In this document: positions 9,646-20,028 of the stretch, one piece after another | Numbering within the stretch: the first letter of the stretch is position 1 | How the letters are laid out: each line of letters begins with the position of its first letter | Assembly (NCBI GenBank): GCA_965240325.2 | Contig: OZ251241.1 | Span: 186,001-250,000, forward strand | Length of the DNA: 64,000 nucleotides | Direction of reading: 5' to 3' | DNA from: Rebecca billardiae RCC1528 | Taxonomy: Eukaryota; Protista; Haptophyta | Position numbers and translations under genes: made by a program | Notes under the pieces: generated by a model | The model's input: the letters and a program-made list of their open reading frames with translations, nothing else | What the model was told of the DNA's origin: nothing | Databases searched by the model: none

Positions 9646-11376
9646 TCAGCGCGAGTGTCCGCCCAGCAGTCCGTGGCGTGGTGCCGGGTGGTGTGTGAGC
9701 CACTCGGGCACTGGCTCGCCGCACTGCGCGAGCAGCGCGGCGAGCTCGCGCGCAAAGGGCGTGCCCACGGCGGCCGCGCCACCCGCGCCGGCGCCCTGCC
9801 TCGCGCCGTGCGCGCCCAGCGCTGCGCCGTTGGCGCGCTGCTGCTCGGCGGAGGCCGACGGGTCGAGCATGAGCGTGTACGCTGCGCCTGCCGCGCCCGC
9901 GCGCCCCGTGCGCCCGACCCGGTGCACGTACGCGTCCAGCGAGGGCGGCGCGTCGAAGTTGACGACCGCGCCCACCTCCGGGATGTCGAGGCCTCGCTGC
10001 GCCACGTCTGTCGCGACGAGCAGCGGCGCGCGGCCCTCCCTGAACTCCGCCAGCACCCACTCCCGCTCGAGCTGGGCCTTGTCGCCGTGGATGCACAGCG
10101 CCGGCCAGCCGTCGCGGCGCAGCGCGCTCGTGAGCTCGTCGACGCGCCGGCGGGAGGAGGCGAAGATGAGCGCGCGGCCGGTGCGCGCGGGCTGCGCGCG
10201 CTGCGCGGCCGGCGGCTGCTGCGGCTGCTGCGGCGGCTGCTCGCCGCCGTCGTCCAGCACCTCGCCCTCGAGCAGAGACACGAGCGCGCGCAGCTGGGCG
10301 CCCCAGCTGCCGCCCGGCGCGCTGTCGAGCGTGCCGCCGCGCTCAAGCGCGCCCTCGTGCGCGGGGTCCCACGGCACCGGCACCACACGCTGCGCAATCG
10401 AGCGCGGGATGGGCGCGCGCGCGCCCGAGCAGGGCAGGGCTGCGGGCGGGCGCGGCGACGGGGGCGCGGGCGGCGGCTCGTCCGGCGGCAGCGGCGGCTG
10501 CCCCGCCACGCGCTCGTCGCGTGCACTCGCGAGCCTCGCCCCCTCCGCCGCGCCGCCGCCCTCCATCGGCGCCGCCCCAGCCTCCCCCGCGCCGCCCGCC
10601 CCGCCCGCGTGCGCCGCCGTGCCCGCCTCGATGCGCACGGCGCTCGGCCGCACGAGCTCTCGCGCGAGGAAGGCGACCTCCGCGCTGAGCGTGGCTGACC
10701 AGAGGCTTGTCTGGCGCGTGGCGCTCGAGGTGGCGCGCACGACCTCGCGCACCTGCGCCTCCAGCCCGAGCGACAGCAGCCGGTCCGCCTCGTCGAGCAC
10801 GAGCAGCCGGCACGACGCGTGCAGCCGCAGCCGCGCGTGCGCAAGCAGGTCGGTCAGACGGCCGGGGGTCGCGACGACGACGTCGGCGCCGAGGCGGAGC
10901 GCGCGGACCTGGTCGGTGCGGGACATGCCGCCCTGGATGCACACGGTGTGCACGCTCGAGTCGAGCGCGCTCGCCTCGTCCGCGATCTGCCGCGCCAGCT
11001 CGCGCGTGGGCGCAAGCACGACCGTGCTCGGCCCCTCCGCCTCCGCCACTGGGCTGCTCAGGATGTGCGCGAGCGCGGGCACGAGGAATGCGAGCGTCTT
11101 GCCCGAGCCCGTCGGCGCGATGCCGACCACGTCGTGCCCCGCCAGCGCCGCGGGCCAAGCCTGCGCCTGGATGGGCGTGGGCACCACAAACCCGCGGCGC
11201 CGCAGCGCCGCGCTGAGCTCGTCCGGCAGCGCGAGCTCAGCGAGGGCCCGCACGGGCGGGGGGCAGCGCTCGCCGCGCACGTGCAGCCCGAGCGAGCGCC
11301 GAAGGGCGTCCGCGCCGTCAGTCGCGGCGTGCTTGGCCGCCGGCTCGTCGGCCGCGTCGCACGGCCTCTTACTCAT
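9646..11376 (-). CDS. DEAD-box ATP-dependent RNA helicase (DDX5/DBP2/DBP3-like)
   Basis: Q motif PTPIQAQAWP, APTGSGKT, APTRELA, TPGRL, DEAD, SAT, HGDKAQLER, ATDVAQRGLDIP and YVHRVGRTGRAG. ATG at 11376 (MSKRPCD). Intronless, with a Pro/Gly-rich interdomain insertion. Confidence 0.93.
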   Translation of the reverse strand: MSKRPCDAADEPAAKHAATDGADALRRSLGLHVRGERCPPPVRALAELALPDELSAALRRRGFVVPTPIQAQAWPAALAGHDVVGIAPTGSGKTLAFLVPALAHILSSPVAEAEGPSTVVLAPTRELARQIADEASALDSSVHTVCIQGGMSRTDQVRALRLGADVVVATPGRLTDLLAHARLRLHASCRLLVLDEADRLLSLGLEAQVREVVRATSSATRQTSLWSATLSAEVAFLARELVRPSAVRIEAGTAAHAGGAGGAGEAGAAPMEGGGAAEGARLASARDERVAGQPPLPPDEPPPAPPSPRPPAALPCSGARAPIPRSIAQRVVPVPWDPAHEGALERGGTLDSAPGGSWGAQLRALVSLLEGEVLDDGGEQPPQQPQQPPAAQRAQPARTGRALIFASSRRRVDELTSALRRDGWPALCIHGDKAQLEREWVLAEFREGRAPLLVATDVAQRGLDIPEVGAVVNFDAPPSLDAYVHRVGRTGRAGAAGAAYTLMLDPSASAEQQRANGAALGAHGARQGAGAGGAAAVGTPFARELAALLAQCGEPVPEWLTHHPAPRHGLLGGHSR

Positions 11377-11732
11377 AAGGGCACGCGCGCTCGGCGGACG
11401 CCATGCTGTCGACAAAACGAGCGCGGTTCCGGTTGCTCAGTTCACGCACAGTTTCGTTTCGTTTCCGACCGATGAATCGCGCGGAAAAAACCGATCGTTT
11501 CCTGCAAGTGTGACTGATGAGCGGACGCACGTGAGAGGGCGGAGGCGCGGAAATCTTGCAGGAGCAGGTGTCAGTAATTACTACAGTTACGGCAAGTCCA
11601 ACATGTCGCCGACATGCTCGGCTAGCTCCACTCTCCAGGGGCGCGACGGGTCCGGTCGTCGGCAGGCTACAAACGCATGCGCGCCCAAATCAAAGCTTCA
11701 GTCTCAGCAGCAGCCGTTTGACTAGCTCACGA

Positions 11733-12335
11733 TCAGAACTTCATCGAGTACGCGCTGCTGCCCCACTGCTGCGGGTTGGCGAGCACCCTCGAGCGCTTCA
11801 GGGATGTGTTCAGCCCGCCGTACGTGGTCATCCCTGCCTGCGAGAGCTTCGTCGTGAAGCGGCCGTTGAGCCCATTCTCCCGCGGCAGCCGGTACAGCAT
11901 GCCCGTGTATTTGCCCGTCACCTTGTTCTCGCCCGTCACCGGGTTGATCTGCGAGGCGAGCACGCCAAAGTTGGAGTTGGACGTGCGGTAGTACACCTCC
12001 GTCTCGGGCCTGTCGCCCAGGCCCCACGGCTTGGGCTTGGGCTCCTTAATGTCCATCAGCACGCGGTGCCCGATCGAGCCCTGGAACATGTGCTGCTTGA
12101 TCGAGTCCGGCTCCTGCGCCGCCATGCGGTGCATGTACTCCTCGGACGGCAGCGGCCGGAACGAGCTGCGCGCGATCGACTTCATGTCCTTCCGCGAGGG
12201 CATGGGGCGGGTGTGCGAGGGCTCGTCGTTGGGGAGCGGGGCCGTCATGCCCATCGCCTCCTCCTCGGGGACCGGCGCTTCAGCCTGGGCGGCCATCATG
12301 GCGGTGGCATCCGCCGCGGTCTCTTGGCCCTCCAT
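11733..12335 (-). CDS. PIERCE1/2 (C15orf65/FAP182)-like ciliary microtubule inner protein
   Basis: C-terminal YYRTSNSNFG...GLNGRFTTKLSQAGMTTYGGLNTSLKRSRV matches the PIERCE-family signature. ATG at 12335 (MEGQETAAD); the upstream part of the listed ORF is antisense to the SpoU gene. Confidence 0.75.
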   Translation of the reverse strand: MEGQETAADATAMMAAQAEAPVPEEEAMGMTAPLPNDEPSHTRPMPSRKDMKSIARSSFRPLPSEEYMHRMAAQEPDSIKQHMFQGSIGHRVLMDIKEPKPKPWGLGDRPETEVYYRTSNSNFGVLASQINPVTGENKVTGKYTGMLYRLPRENGLNGRFTTKLSQAGMTTYGGLNTSLKRSRVLANPQQWGSSAYSMKF

Positions 12336-12512
12336 GGTGATGTCCGCGACCGTCTCTGGAACAGCCGCGAATAGAAACGGTTCCTCATCACCACGCTGCC
12401 GCGGCGAGCTGGCTAGAGGTCTCAGAAGCAGACGCAAAGCAGGGCGAAAAAACAATACAGTACGGAATAACGGAAAGTAGTATCCCGCAAAAATGGCACG
12501 CTTTGCATCACG
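12336..12512. promoter_or_regulatory. Putative bidirectional promoter (PIERCE-like / SpoU)
   Basis: 177-bp, comparatively A-rich spacer between divergent ATGs. Confidence 0.55.
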
Positions 12513-13328
12513 ATGGCCGACGATGATTCCGCCCACGTCGCCGCGGCGCCTCGCCCTGATGACAGGCGCGCGATCCTGGTCCTGTACAACATCGCCAAGC
12601 GGCGAAACTACGGCGAGATTCTGCGCACGGCTGCCGCCCTCGGCGTCGGCGAGGTGGTCGTCGTGGGCATGAACAAGATCAGCACGCAGGGCGCGCACGG
12701 CGCGGACAAGTTCCTGACGTTCACGCACACGGAGAGCCTCGCGCAGGCGATGGCGTACGTGCGAGACGAGCGGGGCGCGCGCGTGTGCGGCATCGAGATT
12801 GTTGACGGCGCGACGCCAGTCACGGAGACGTCCTTCTCCGAGCGGACCGGTGCGTCGCCGGCGCGCGCGCACACCGCCGCGCGCGCGCACGCACGCCTCA
12901 CGCGCGCCGCGCGCGCTGGGCTCGCAGCGTTCATGCTCGGGAACGAGGGGCAGGGCATGAGCGAGCAGCAGCTCGCGCAGTGCGACCACTTCGTCTACAT
13001 CCCGCAGTACAGCGGCGCGACCGCCTCGCTCAACGTGAACGCGGCGTGCGCCGTCGTGCTCGCCACGTACGCGCGCTGGGCGGGGCTGCACGAGGCGGCG
13101 CGCGCGGGGCACAAGTACGTCGTGCCCGAGAGGGCGCCGTCCTCCGTGCCGCGCTCGGGCGTGGGGGTCCAGCAGATGCGCTCGCTCGCGCCCAAGCGCG
13201 GGCGCGAGGGTAGGGTGGAGGGCGGCGTCGCTGACGAGCAGAACGATGCTGGTAACAACGATGACGATGATGATGATGCGCATCAGCAGCACGCTGCCGC
13301 TGGCGGCCTGTTTGACGACGATGAATGA
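12513..13328 (+). CDS. SpoU/TrmH-family RNA 2'-O-methyltransferase; intron 12850-12927
   Basis: VLYNIAKRRNYGEILRTAAALG, AFMLGNEGQGM, VYIPQY and SLNVNAACAVVL SPOUT motifs. A 78-nt GT-AG intron with a CTCAC branch site restores SERTAFMLGNEG. Confidence 0.9.
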   Translation: MADDDSAHVAAAPRPDDRRAILVLYNIAKRRNYGEILRTAAALGVGEVVVVGMNKISTQGAHGADKFLTFTHTESLAQAMAYVRDERGARVCGIEIVDGATPVTETSFSERTGASPARAHTAARAHARLTRAARAGLAAFMLGNEGQGMSEQQLAQCDHFVYIPQYSGATASLNVNAACAVVLATYARWAGLHEAARAGHKYVVPERAPSSVPRSGVGVQQMRSLAPKRGREGRVEGGVADEQNDAGNNDDDDDDAHQQHAAAGGLFDDDE

Positions 13329-13802
13329 TGACGACGGCGCGACGACGACAACGACATCAACAGCATCACCGCCGAGCTCCTCACGTGCGCGCATGCATAT
13401 TGCTGAGTGTAATCATATATATATATATATATATAATAGATGCGCTGCTGATGCGGCGGCTCCGGCTCCGGTCCGCACCCGCCCCCGCCCCCGCGCCATC
13501 ATTTGAACGGCGCAGTAGCGCAGCAGACGATGCTGATGATGATGATGATGATGCGCTGATAATAATATAAATCATATCATCATTGATCAATATGACCGCG
13601 CCGCAGACCGGACGCGACCGCTGCGCGCCGTGCTGACGACGATCATCATAGGCATTGATGATCGCGCCACTGAGACGATGATCATAATGCGCGCTGCTAT
13701 ATATATATATATATGCTGATATGTACTCCACGGGCGACGACGTACGATACATCATATGATCGAATCGTAGCGTCGTCGTCATCGTCATTCATTCGATTCA
13801 GT

Positions 13803-14719
13803 TCAGATCACGTCTGAGAGCGCCGTGTACCTGAGGCAAGGCAGCAGGCACTCGCGCAGCTCGTGCAGCCGGGAGGCGACGGTGCCCACGTCCCAGCGCA
13901 TGCGCTCGGCCACGGCCTCCGCCTCGCGCACCGCGCCCGCGCCGTCGGCCTCGGCCGCCGCGACGGCCTGCGCGCCGCAGTGCGCCGCCCACTGCTCCGC
14001 AGCGCCGAGCACCGCGCGGCACCACTCGCCCAGCCAGTGCGCGCTCCACAGCGCGCGCTCGATGCCGGTCGCAAACGGGAACGTGGCGGCGGTGAGCTGC
14101 GCAACCTCCGCCGTGCCGCGCGGCCCGCCGCCGCCGCCGCCGCCAGCCGCGCCGCCGCCGGCCGCGGCCGCCGAGGCGGCCGTCCGGCCGACCGTGCGGC
14201 CAAGCTCCGCAAGCAGGTCCCCTGTGTGCGCGTGCGTGCGCGTGCGCGCGCGTGGGCGCGTGCGTGCGCGCGCGCGTGGGCGCGCGGGGCTCGAGGGGCG
14301 GCGCGCGGCGCGGCGCGGGCGGCCGCGGCTCGCGCGCGCCGCACCTTCCTCCGACTCGGCCGCCTGCCTGCAGCGCACGCCCACGCACAGCCCGAGGGCC
14401 AGGCCGTGCACCGCGCACGCCCCCAGCCCGAGTGCGCAGCACGCGCGCGCGCACGCGAGCGCGGCCGCGCCGCCGCCCGGCGCCTCGGCCTGCGCGAGCG
14501 CGCGCTGCAGCCGCGCGCGCAACACGTCCAGCTCGGCGTGGACGAGGGCGCGGAGCGCGCGCTCGGCCAGCGCGGCGGCGTCGGGCCCCGAGACGGCCGC
14601 GGCCGCGAGGGCTCGCGCCGCGTCGGCCGCCCGCCGCGCCGCGCCCGGCGGCTGCCCGCCCGCGCGCCCGCTCCCACCGCCACCGCCGCCGCCGCCGCCG
14701 TCGCCGCCGTCGCCGCCAC

Positions 14720-14752
<33 letters not shown>

Positions 14753-16301
14753 GGTCGAGCAGCGCGCTGATTGTGCCGTACGCGTCGGCGAGCGCAGCGC
14801 GCTGCGCCGAGCGCAGCCGCGCGCCCTTGCGCGCCTCGCGCAGCGCGCACGCGTCGCGCAGCGCGCCGAGCGCGCCGAGCGAGTCCGCGCAGCCGCGCGC
14901 GCGCAGCCAGCCCTCGAGCGGCGCCACGGGCAGCAGCGCGGGCGCGCGCTCGGCACCCTCGCCGAGCAGGCAGCCGTCCCACGCGCGCTCGGCGTCGGCG
15001 CCGTCCGCCGCGGGCGCGGCGGCGCGGCCGTCGGCGTGCGCGTGCATCCCCAGCTGGCCCAGCTGGCCGATGTGCTCCGCCGCCTTCGCGACGGGCGGCG
15101 CCCGCAGCTCCGTCCGACCTGACGTCTCGTCGCGCCGCGTGACGACTCGCAGCGCGGTCGCACCGACAGCCTCGAGCGCGCTCACGCCCGCGTCGAGGAA
15201 GGAGGCGCCGCCCTTGGCGCCCGCGCCGCGCGGGCCGGCGGGGGCGCCGCCGCGCGCCACGCGGCCCGAAGCGGCTGCCGCCTGCGCCGCCGTGGGCGCC
15301 GAGGTGGCAGGCGGCGGCGGCGCGGGCGTGGGCTGAGGAGGCGTGGGCGCGGGGCGCGAGGCGCGCGCGGCGCCGCCGCCCGCCGCGCCGCCGCCGCGCG
15401 CAGCCTCCGCCGCTCCGCCGCCCTCGCGCTCGCTTGGGCCGGGCTGGTCGGACGCGTAGGCACGCTCGGGCGGCGCGGGCTCGGCCTGCGGGCTCGGCTC
15501 GGCCGCTTGCGCCTCCGGCGGCGCAGCCGGGCCGCTCGGCTCGGCAGCGGTGCCCGCAGCGCGCGCGGCGGCGCCGGGCCCGCCGCCCGGCGAGCCGGCG
15601 CGTCCGCTGCCAGCGGTGACGCCCGCCACCGTCGAGACGAATTGGCGCAGGGTGGGCAGCGAGTGCTCGGGCTGCGCGCGCGCGAGCCGGTCGAGCGGGT
15701 TCCCGCCCGCCGCCGCCACGCCGCCGCTCCCGCCGCCGCGCGTCTCGCTGCCCTCCGGCCGCGCGGGCGACGCTGCCATCGGCTCTGACGACGTGGGCGC
15801 GGCCGGCGCGCTGGGCGGCTGGCCGCTCGGGTCGGCGGGCGAGCGCTCGGGCACGTCGAATTGCGCGTGCGCCGAGGCCACGGCGGCGCCCTCCCGACTC
15901 GAGGCGCCCGCGCTGCCCGCGCCGGTCTCGGCGGGTTCGGTGGGCAGCGGCCATTCCTCCCAGCCCTCCTCCTCCTCCTCCTCCTCGCCCCAGTCGTCGA
16001 CGAGCACGGGCTTTGCGGCCGTGGGCGCGGGCGGCACGCTGGGAGGCGCGCCGTCCTCGTCCGTCGCCGCGTCGACCACGCTGCCGATCCCGTCGAGCAG
16101 CTGCGAGAGGCTGCCGGTCGCCGGCACGGCCTGAGCCGAGCCGGCGGCCGCACCGCGGGCAGGCGCGGCGGCGGGGGCTCCAGTCGGAGCGTCGTCGACG
16201 AGGGACCACAAGGTCTTGTCCGCCTGCTGCACCACCTCCAGCGTCGACTTGGCCGCGCGCAGCCACCACGGCGTCTCGCCGCTGCCGCCGGATCCCGACA
16301 T
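13803..16301 (-). CDS. FAM114/Noxp20 (DUF719)-like protein with long disordered N-terminus; intron 14222-14344
   Basis: ATG at 16301 (MSGSGGSGETPWWLRAAKSTL). FLDAGVSALEAVGATALRVV and RGCADSLGALGALRDAC resemble the two conserved FAM114 blocks. 123-nt GT-AG intron. Confidence 0.6.
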
Positions 16302-16443
16302 CCCTGGCGTCGCCGCCTCGGCACGCGCGCCCGACGTCAACCAGTGAGGCAACCAGGCGGAGGCGTCGGCACGCCCCGGCAAGCACCGGGGCACCCGGCT
16401 TGCACACTGCGAGACTCAGCGAGAGCACAAGGCCGCCATCATC
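16302..16443. promoter_or_regulatory. Putative bidirectional promoter (FAM114-like / HTATSF1-like)
   Basis: 142 bp between divergent start codons. Confidence 0.55.
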
Positions 16444-17637
16444 ATGGCGTCCGCGTATGAGCGCGCGATGGCGGCGGAGAAGGCGCGCCTGGCGCAGGCG
16501 CGCGAACGAAACAGCGAGCTGATGCGCGAGCAGGTCGAGCGCGAGACTGGCATGTCCGCCGAGCTCGACCGCGCCTTCGAGCTCGCCTTCGAGGCGGGGC
16601 GCGACCGCTCGGCGCAGGGGCGGCTCGAGGGCGGCGGCGCGCAAGAGCGCAAGCGGAAGCGGCCCGAGGCGGACGACCCGGCCAAGTGCGCCGTGTACGT
16701 GCGCGGGCTCCCGCTCGACGCCACCTGGTCCCGCGTGCAGCAGCACTTCTCCAAGGCCGGCGACGTCAAGCGCGTCAAGCTGTACAAGGACGGCGGCGGC
16801 CGGCCCAAGGGCGACGCTCTCGTCGTCTTTGGCAAGGAGCGGCACGCGCGCAGCGCGGTTGAGCAGCTGCACGGCTCGGACCTGTTCGGCTACGTGCTCG
16901 ACGTCTCGGCCGCCGACTTCTCCGCCTCCGCCGCCGCCGCCGCCGCCGAGCGCACGGACGCAGACGCGATCGCCCAGGCGGTCGGGCAGCGCGCGCTCGA
17001 CCCGGAGGTTGCGCGCTGCGTCGTGCTGAGCAACGTGTACGCGGTCGAGGAGGCGGCGGCGTCGGCGCACCCGCCCACGTTCTTCGCCGAGCTGGAGGAC
17101 GACATGTGGCGCGGCTGCGCCGAGCTGGGCGAAGTCGAGCGCGCCAAGGCCCTCCCGGGGGACCCGGACTGCTGCGTGTGCGTGCGGTTCACGCGCGCGC
17201 GCGACGCGGCCGAGTGCGTGCGGCTGATGGGCGGCCGCTTCTTCAACGGTCGGCAGCTGCGCGCGGCGCACTGGGACGGCAACCTGCGGCGCAAGCTGCC
17301 CGCGGGCGTGGACGCTGAGCGGCAGGCGCGGCTCGGCGCGGGCGGCGCCGATGCCGCAGCGGCGGCGGTCGCGGCCCCGCCGCCGCCACCGCCACCGCCG
17401 GCGGCGGAGGCGGCGGCGGCAGGCAGCGCTGCTCCTGCCGGCGCGCCGGCGGCATCGGCCGCGGCGGGCGCTGGCGAGGCGGCTCACGCGCCCCCGCTGC
17501 CCCCGCGAGACGAGCTCGCCCGCCTCTCCGTCAAGGAGCTGCGCCGGCTCCTCGCCGAGCGCGCCATCGGCTACGCCGGCTGCGTCGAGAAGAGCGACCT
17601 CGTCGACCGGCTCCTCGGCGCTGGCGGCGCACCATGA
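16444..17637 (+). CDS. HTATSF1: HTATSF1/Tat-SF1/Cus2-like U2 snRNP-associated factor (RRM + UHM) with a C-terminal SAP-like helical domain
   Basis: AVYVRGLPLD...RVKLYKD...PKGDAL (RRM1), CVVLSNVY...ELEDDMWRGC...GRFFNGRQLRAAHWDG (UHM) and LSVKELRRLLAERAIGYAGCVEKSDLV. Confidence 0.82.
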   Translation: MASAYERAMAAEKARLAQARERNSELMREQVERETGMSAELDRAFELAFEAGRDRSAQGRLEGGGAQERKRKRPEADDPAKCAVYVRGLPLDATWSRVQQHFSKAGDVKRVKLYKDGGGRPKGDALVVFGKERHARSAVEQLHGSDLFGYVLDVSAADFSASAAAAAAERTDADAIAQAVGQRALDPEVARCVVLSNVYAVEEAAASAHPPTFFAELEDDMWRGCAELGEVERAKALPGDPDCCVCVRFTRARDAAECVRLMGGRFFNGRQLRAAHWDGNLRRKLPAGVDAERQARLGAGGADAAAAAVAAPPPPPPPPAAEAAAAGSAAPAGAPAASAAAGAGEAAHAPPLPPRDELARLSVKELRRLLAERAIGYAGCVEKSDLVDRLLGAGGAP

Positions 17638-18651
17638 GCGACCGCGCCGAGCCGACTGAGCATCGCTGCACGCAGCCGCAGGCGTAGGCGTGCGGCTGGT
17701 CCCTGGGAGGCTGGTCCCTGGGAGGGCGAGATGGACTGGCATGTCGCCGCGGGCTGCCAGCTGCCGTCGAGGCCGGAGGCTCGGCGGTGCTGAGGCGGAG
17801 CAGGAGCTCGGCACGGTGCCGCCCTGCGTCCTTTGGCTCTGCCTGCCGCAGGCGTAGAGATAAGAGAGCATGCCTGCAGGCAGCAGAGTCAAGGCTCTAC
17901 TCGGTCATCTATCTATCCGTGCCGAGTGCTGCTCCCGCTGCTCCGTGGGAACGGCGGCGAAAGCCTGAGCTCGGGCGAGCAGCCGCGGCGAGCGGCCCGA
18001 TGGCGCCGGCACCGCGGCAGGCAGCGGTCCCAGCGCGGGGCGTGGCGGGCCATGCAGTCCGAGCGCCGCGCGGTCGGCGGCGCTTCATCGGGCTGCGGCC
18101 GGGGCCCGGCGGCCGGCTGGCCGGCGGGGGCCGTGATGACTACGGCCGCACTCGCCACTCGGCGCGCATCGGATAATCCGACTTCCGCATCCGGCGGACG
18201 AGTTGTCAGCCGAGCGCCCACCAGCGTCACGCGCACGCGCGCCCGAGACCATCTCACGGCGTCTCATGCGGGTCGCGAGCGCGCGGCGGTCCACTGACCA
18301 CTGCCTCCGGCCGCTCGTGATAACGGAGCGGAACCGAGCTCTGACTTCTGAGCGTGAGAGCGTCCGAAGGCGTCGGAGCTCGATTTTCGAGCGAGGTCCG
18401 AGAAATAAAACGCTCCGCGCCACCCCAAAAGGCCGAGCCCGAGCGGGTGCCCGAGACGAAAATGCGCCGCCGCGGCTTATTTGATTATTTATTATTTATT
18501 ATAATAATATTATTATTTATTTGTAGTTTATATTAATAAATGCGCGATGATGGGCGGTTTATTGCGGGTGCCAGAAAGTTATATATATTAACGACGTGGT
18601 ATGCAACGGGCAGGCGTCATATGTGTAGTTCAGGCCGCCCCTATAAATAAG

Positions 18652-18700
18652 TACAGTTTACTAAGAATAAGAGACGCCACACAGCTCAGCCTCAGGCAGG
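18652..18700 (+). repeat. Short dispersed repeat, copy 1 (TACAGTTTACTAAGAATAAGAGACGC...CACAGCTCAG...GCAGGC)
   Basis: Near-identical to 24912-24954. Confidence 0.85.
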
Positions 18701-19194
18701 CACAGTAACTAGTAAGTATACAGCATTATTATAAGACTATTAGAGTCGCGTATTATTATACATATTATTATTATATATATATATATTTAATAACATTATT
18801 ATAATACGCTGATAATGTCTGACTGACTCGGATGGCATTAAGTCCGGGTACGACCGGATCGGCCGTCAGACGATCGGAGTTACTGAGTTACGGATGTGCT
18901 GAGCCTGCTGATGCCTGATTGACCCGGCGACGGTCCGTGTGACTCCGAGACTGGCCAGACTGCGCGCTGCCGGATGTTTCAACGACGCGTCATCCAGTGG
19001 CTGGCAACGCCACCCACCCACAGTCGCCAAGCGGGCAGCGCAGGCTCCTGCCGTGCGACTGGCCCTGCCCGTGGGCCGCGGTTACCGAATGATGCCGCCT
19101 ACCGGGTTACGCGACAGTGCGGGTCGCCGGCGAGACCTCGCGGATCGGGCATGTACATTCATGGGATCACTCTGCAGATGCAGGACGGCGCGGC

Positions 19195-19865
19195 CTAGAT
19201 GCAGATGCCGTACACGGTGGTGAGGCACTGCATCTGATTGGTCTCGTACTTGTACGTGACGTAGTTGTCGTTCGCTGTGTCCCAGTACTGCGACGTTGCT
19301 GTCTGCACAGATGCGCCCGTCTTTTGCGTGAGCGTCGTTGTGACTGCGCGCGCGGATGCGGCGGGATGGCGGGCGCCGGTCTGAGCAGCGGGGCGGCGCG
19401 CGAGCCTCGGGACATGCGCACATAGCGCACGGCACTCACCCACGTATTTGAACGGCTTCTGGATAGCGCTCAGCTCTTTCAAGCAGTTCTCAACAATGGT
19501 TGCTGTCCATTGTCCGATCTGCGGGCGCACCGGTCGCGCAGGGCGCACAGCGGGCCACGCAGCCGGTTTGCCGGCGGCGCGCGCGCTTCGAGGCGCACAG
19601 AGAGTGGGGCGACTAGCCATCTCCCGCGGCGCGCGCGGCTGACGCGCGCACCTTGCTGTGCAGGAAGCCCTGCTCGGCGAGGCACGCCTTGCAGACCTTC
19701 TCGATGATGAGCTGCACCTCCTCCGCGACGAAGACGTGCGCCTGCGCGCGCGGCGAGCGCGCGGCGGGGGCGAGGGCTGAGTCGGGCCGATGCACCTGGG
19801 CCGTGCGCGGACCCGCTGGCCCTGCGGTGCTCCGCGCGCACCTCCTCGTCGCCGCGCTCGTCCAT
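19195..19865 (-). CDS. DYNLT1: Dynein light chain Tctex-1 type; exons 19842-19865, 19652-19741, 19440-19518, 19195-19343
   Basis: Spliced product MDERGDEEAHVFVAEEVQLIIEKVCKACL...HSKIGQWTATIVENCLKELSAIQKPFKYVVTTTLTQKTGASVQTATSQYWDTAND...CLTTVYGICI. Three GT-AG introns; 114 codons. Confidence 0.92.
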
Positions 19866-20028
19866 GGCCAACGATGGCAGCCGCTGGCTGCTTGCCCAAG
19901 TGGAACCGTCAAAACCGCGCGCGGGACCAGCACCGGACTCCGCCGCCGGCTCGAGCCGGCGAAGCGAGGCAGCGAGCAGCTCCGGCCTCACCAGCACGGT
20001 CAGCGTTCGCGCCCAAACGACGGCAGCC
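19866..20028. promoter_or_regulatory. Putative bidirectional promoter (Tctex-1 / hydrolase)
   Basis: 163 bp between divergent ATGs. Confidence 0.55.

Noticed and set aside
13798-17892. 1364-aa - strand ORF and similar long Arg/Ala-rich ORFs (e.g. 22194-24713, 52244-55234, 9554-11725, 60046-60999)
   Set aside because: Stop-poor shadow frames caused by extreme GC content, overlapping genes with recognisable motifs.
17640-18480. GC-rich ~850-bp spacer with a 15-bp tandem duplication (GGCTGGTCCCTGGGA x2 near 17695) and short ORFs
   Set aside because: No codon bias, motifs or splice structure supporting a gene; probably UTR or decayed repeat.
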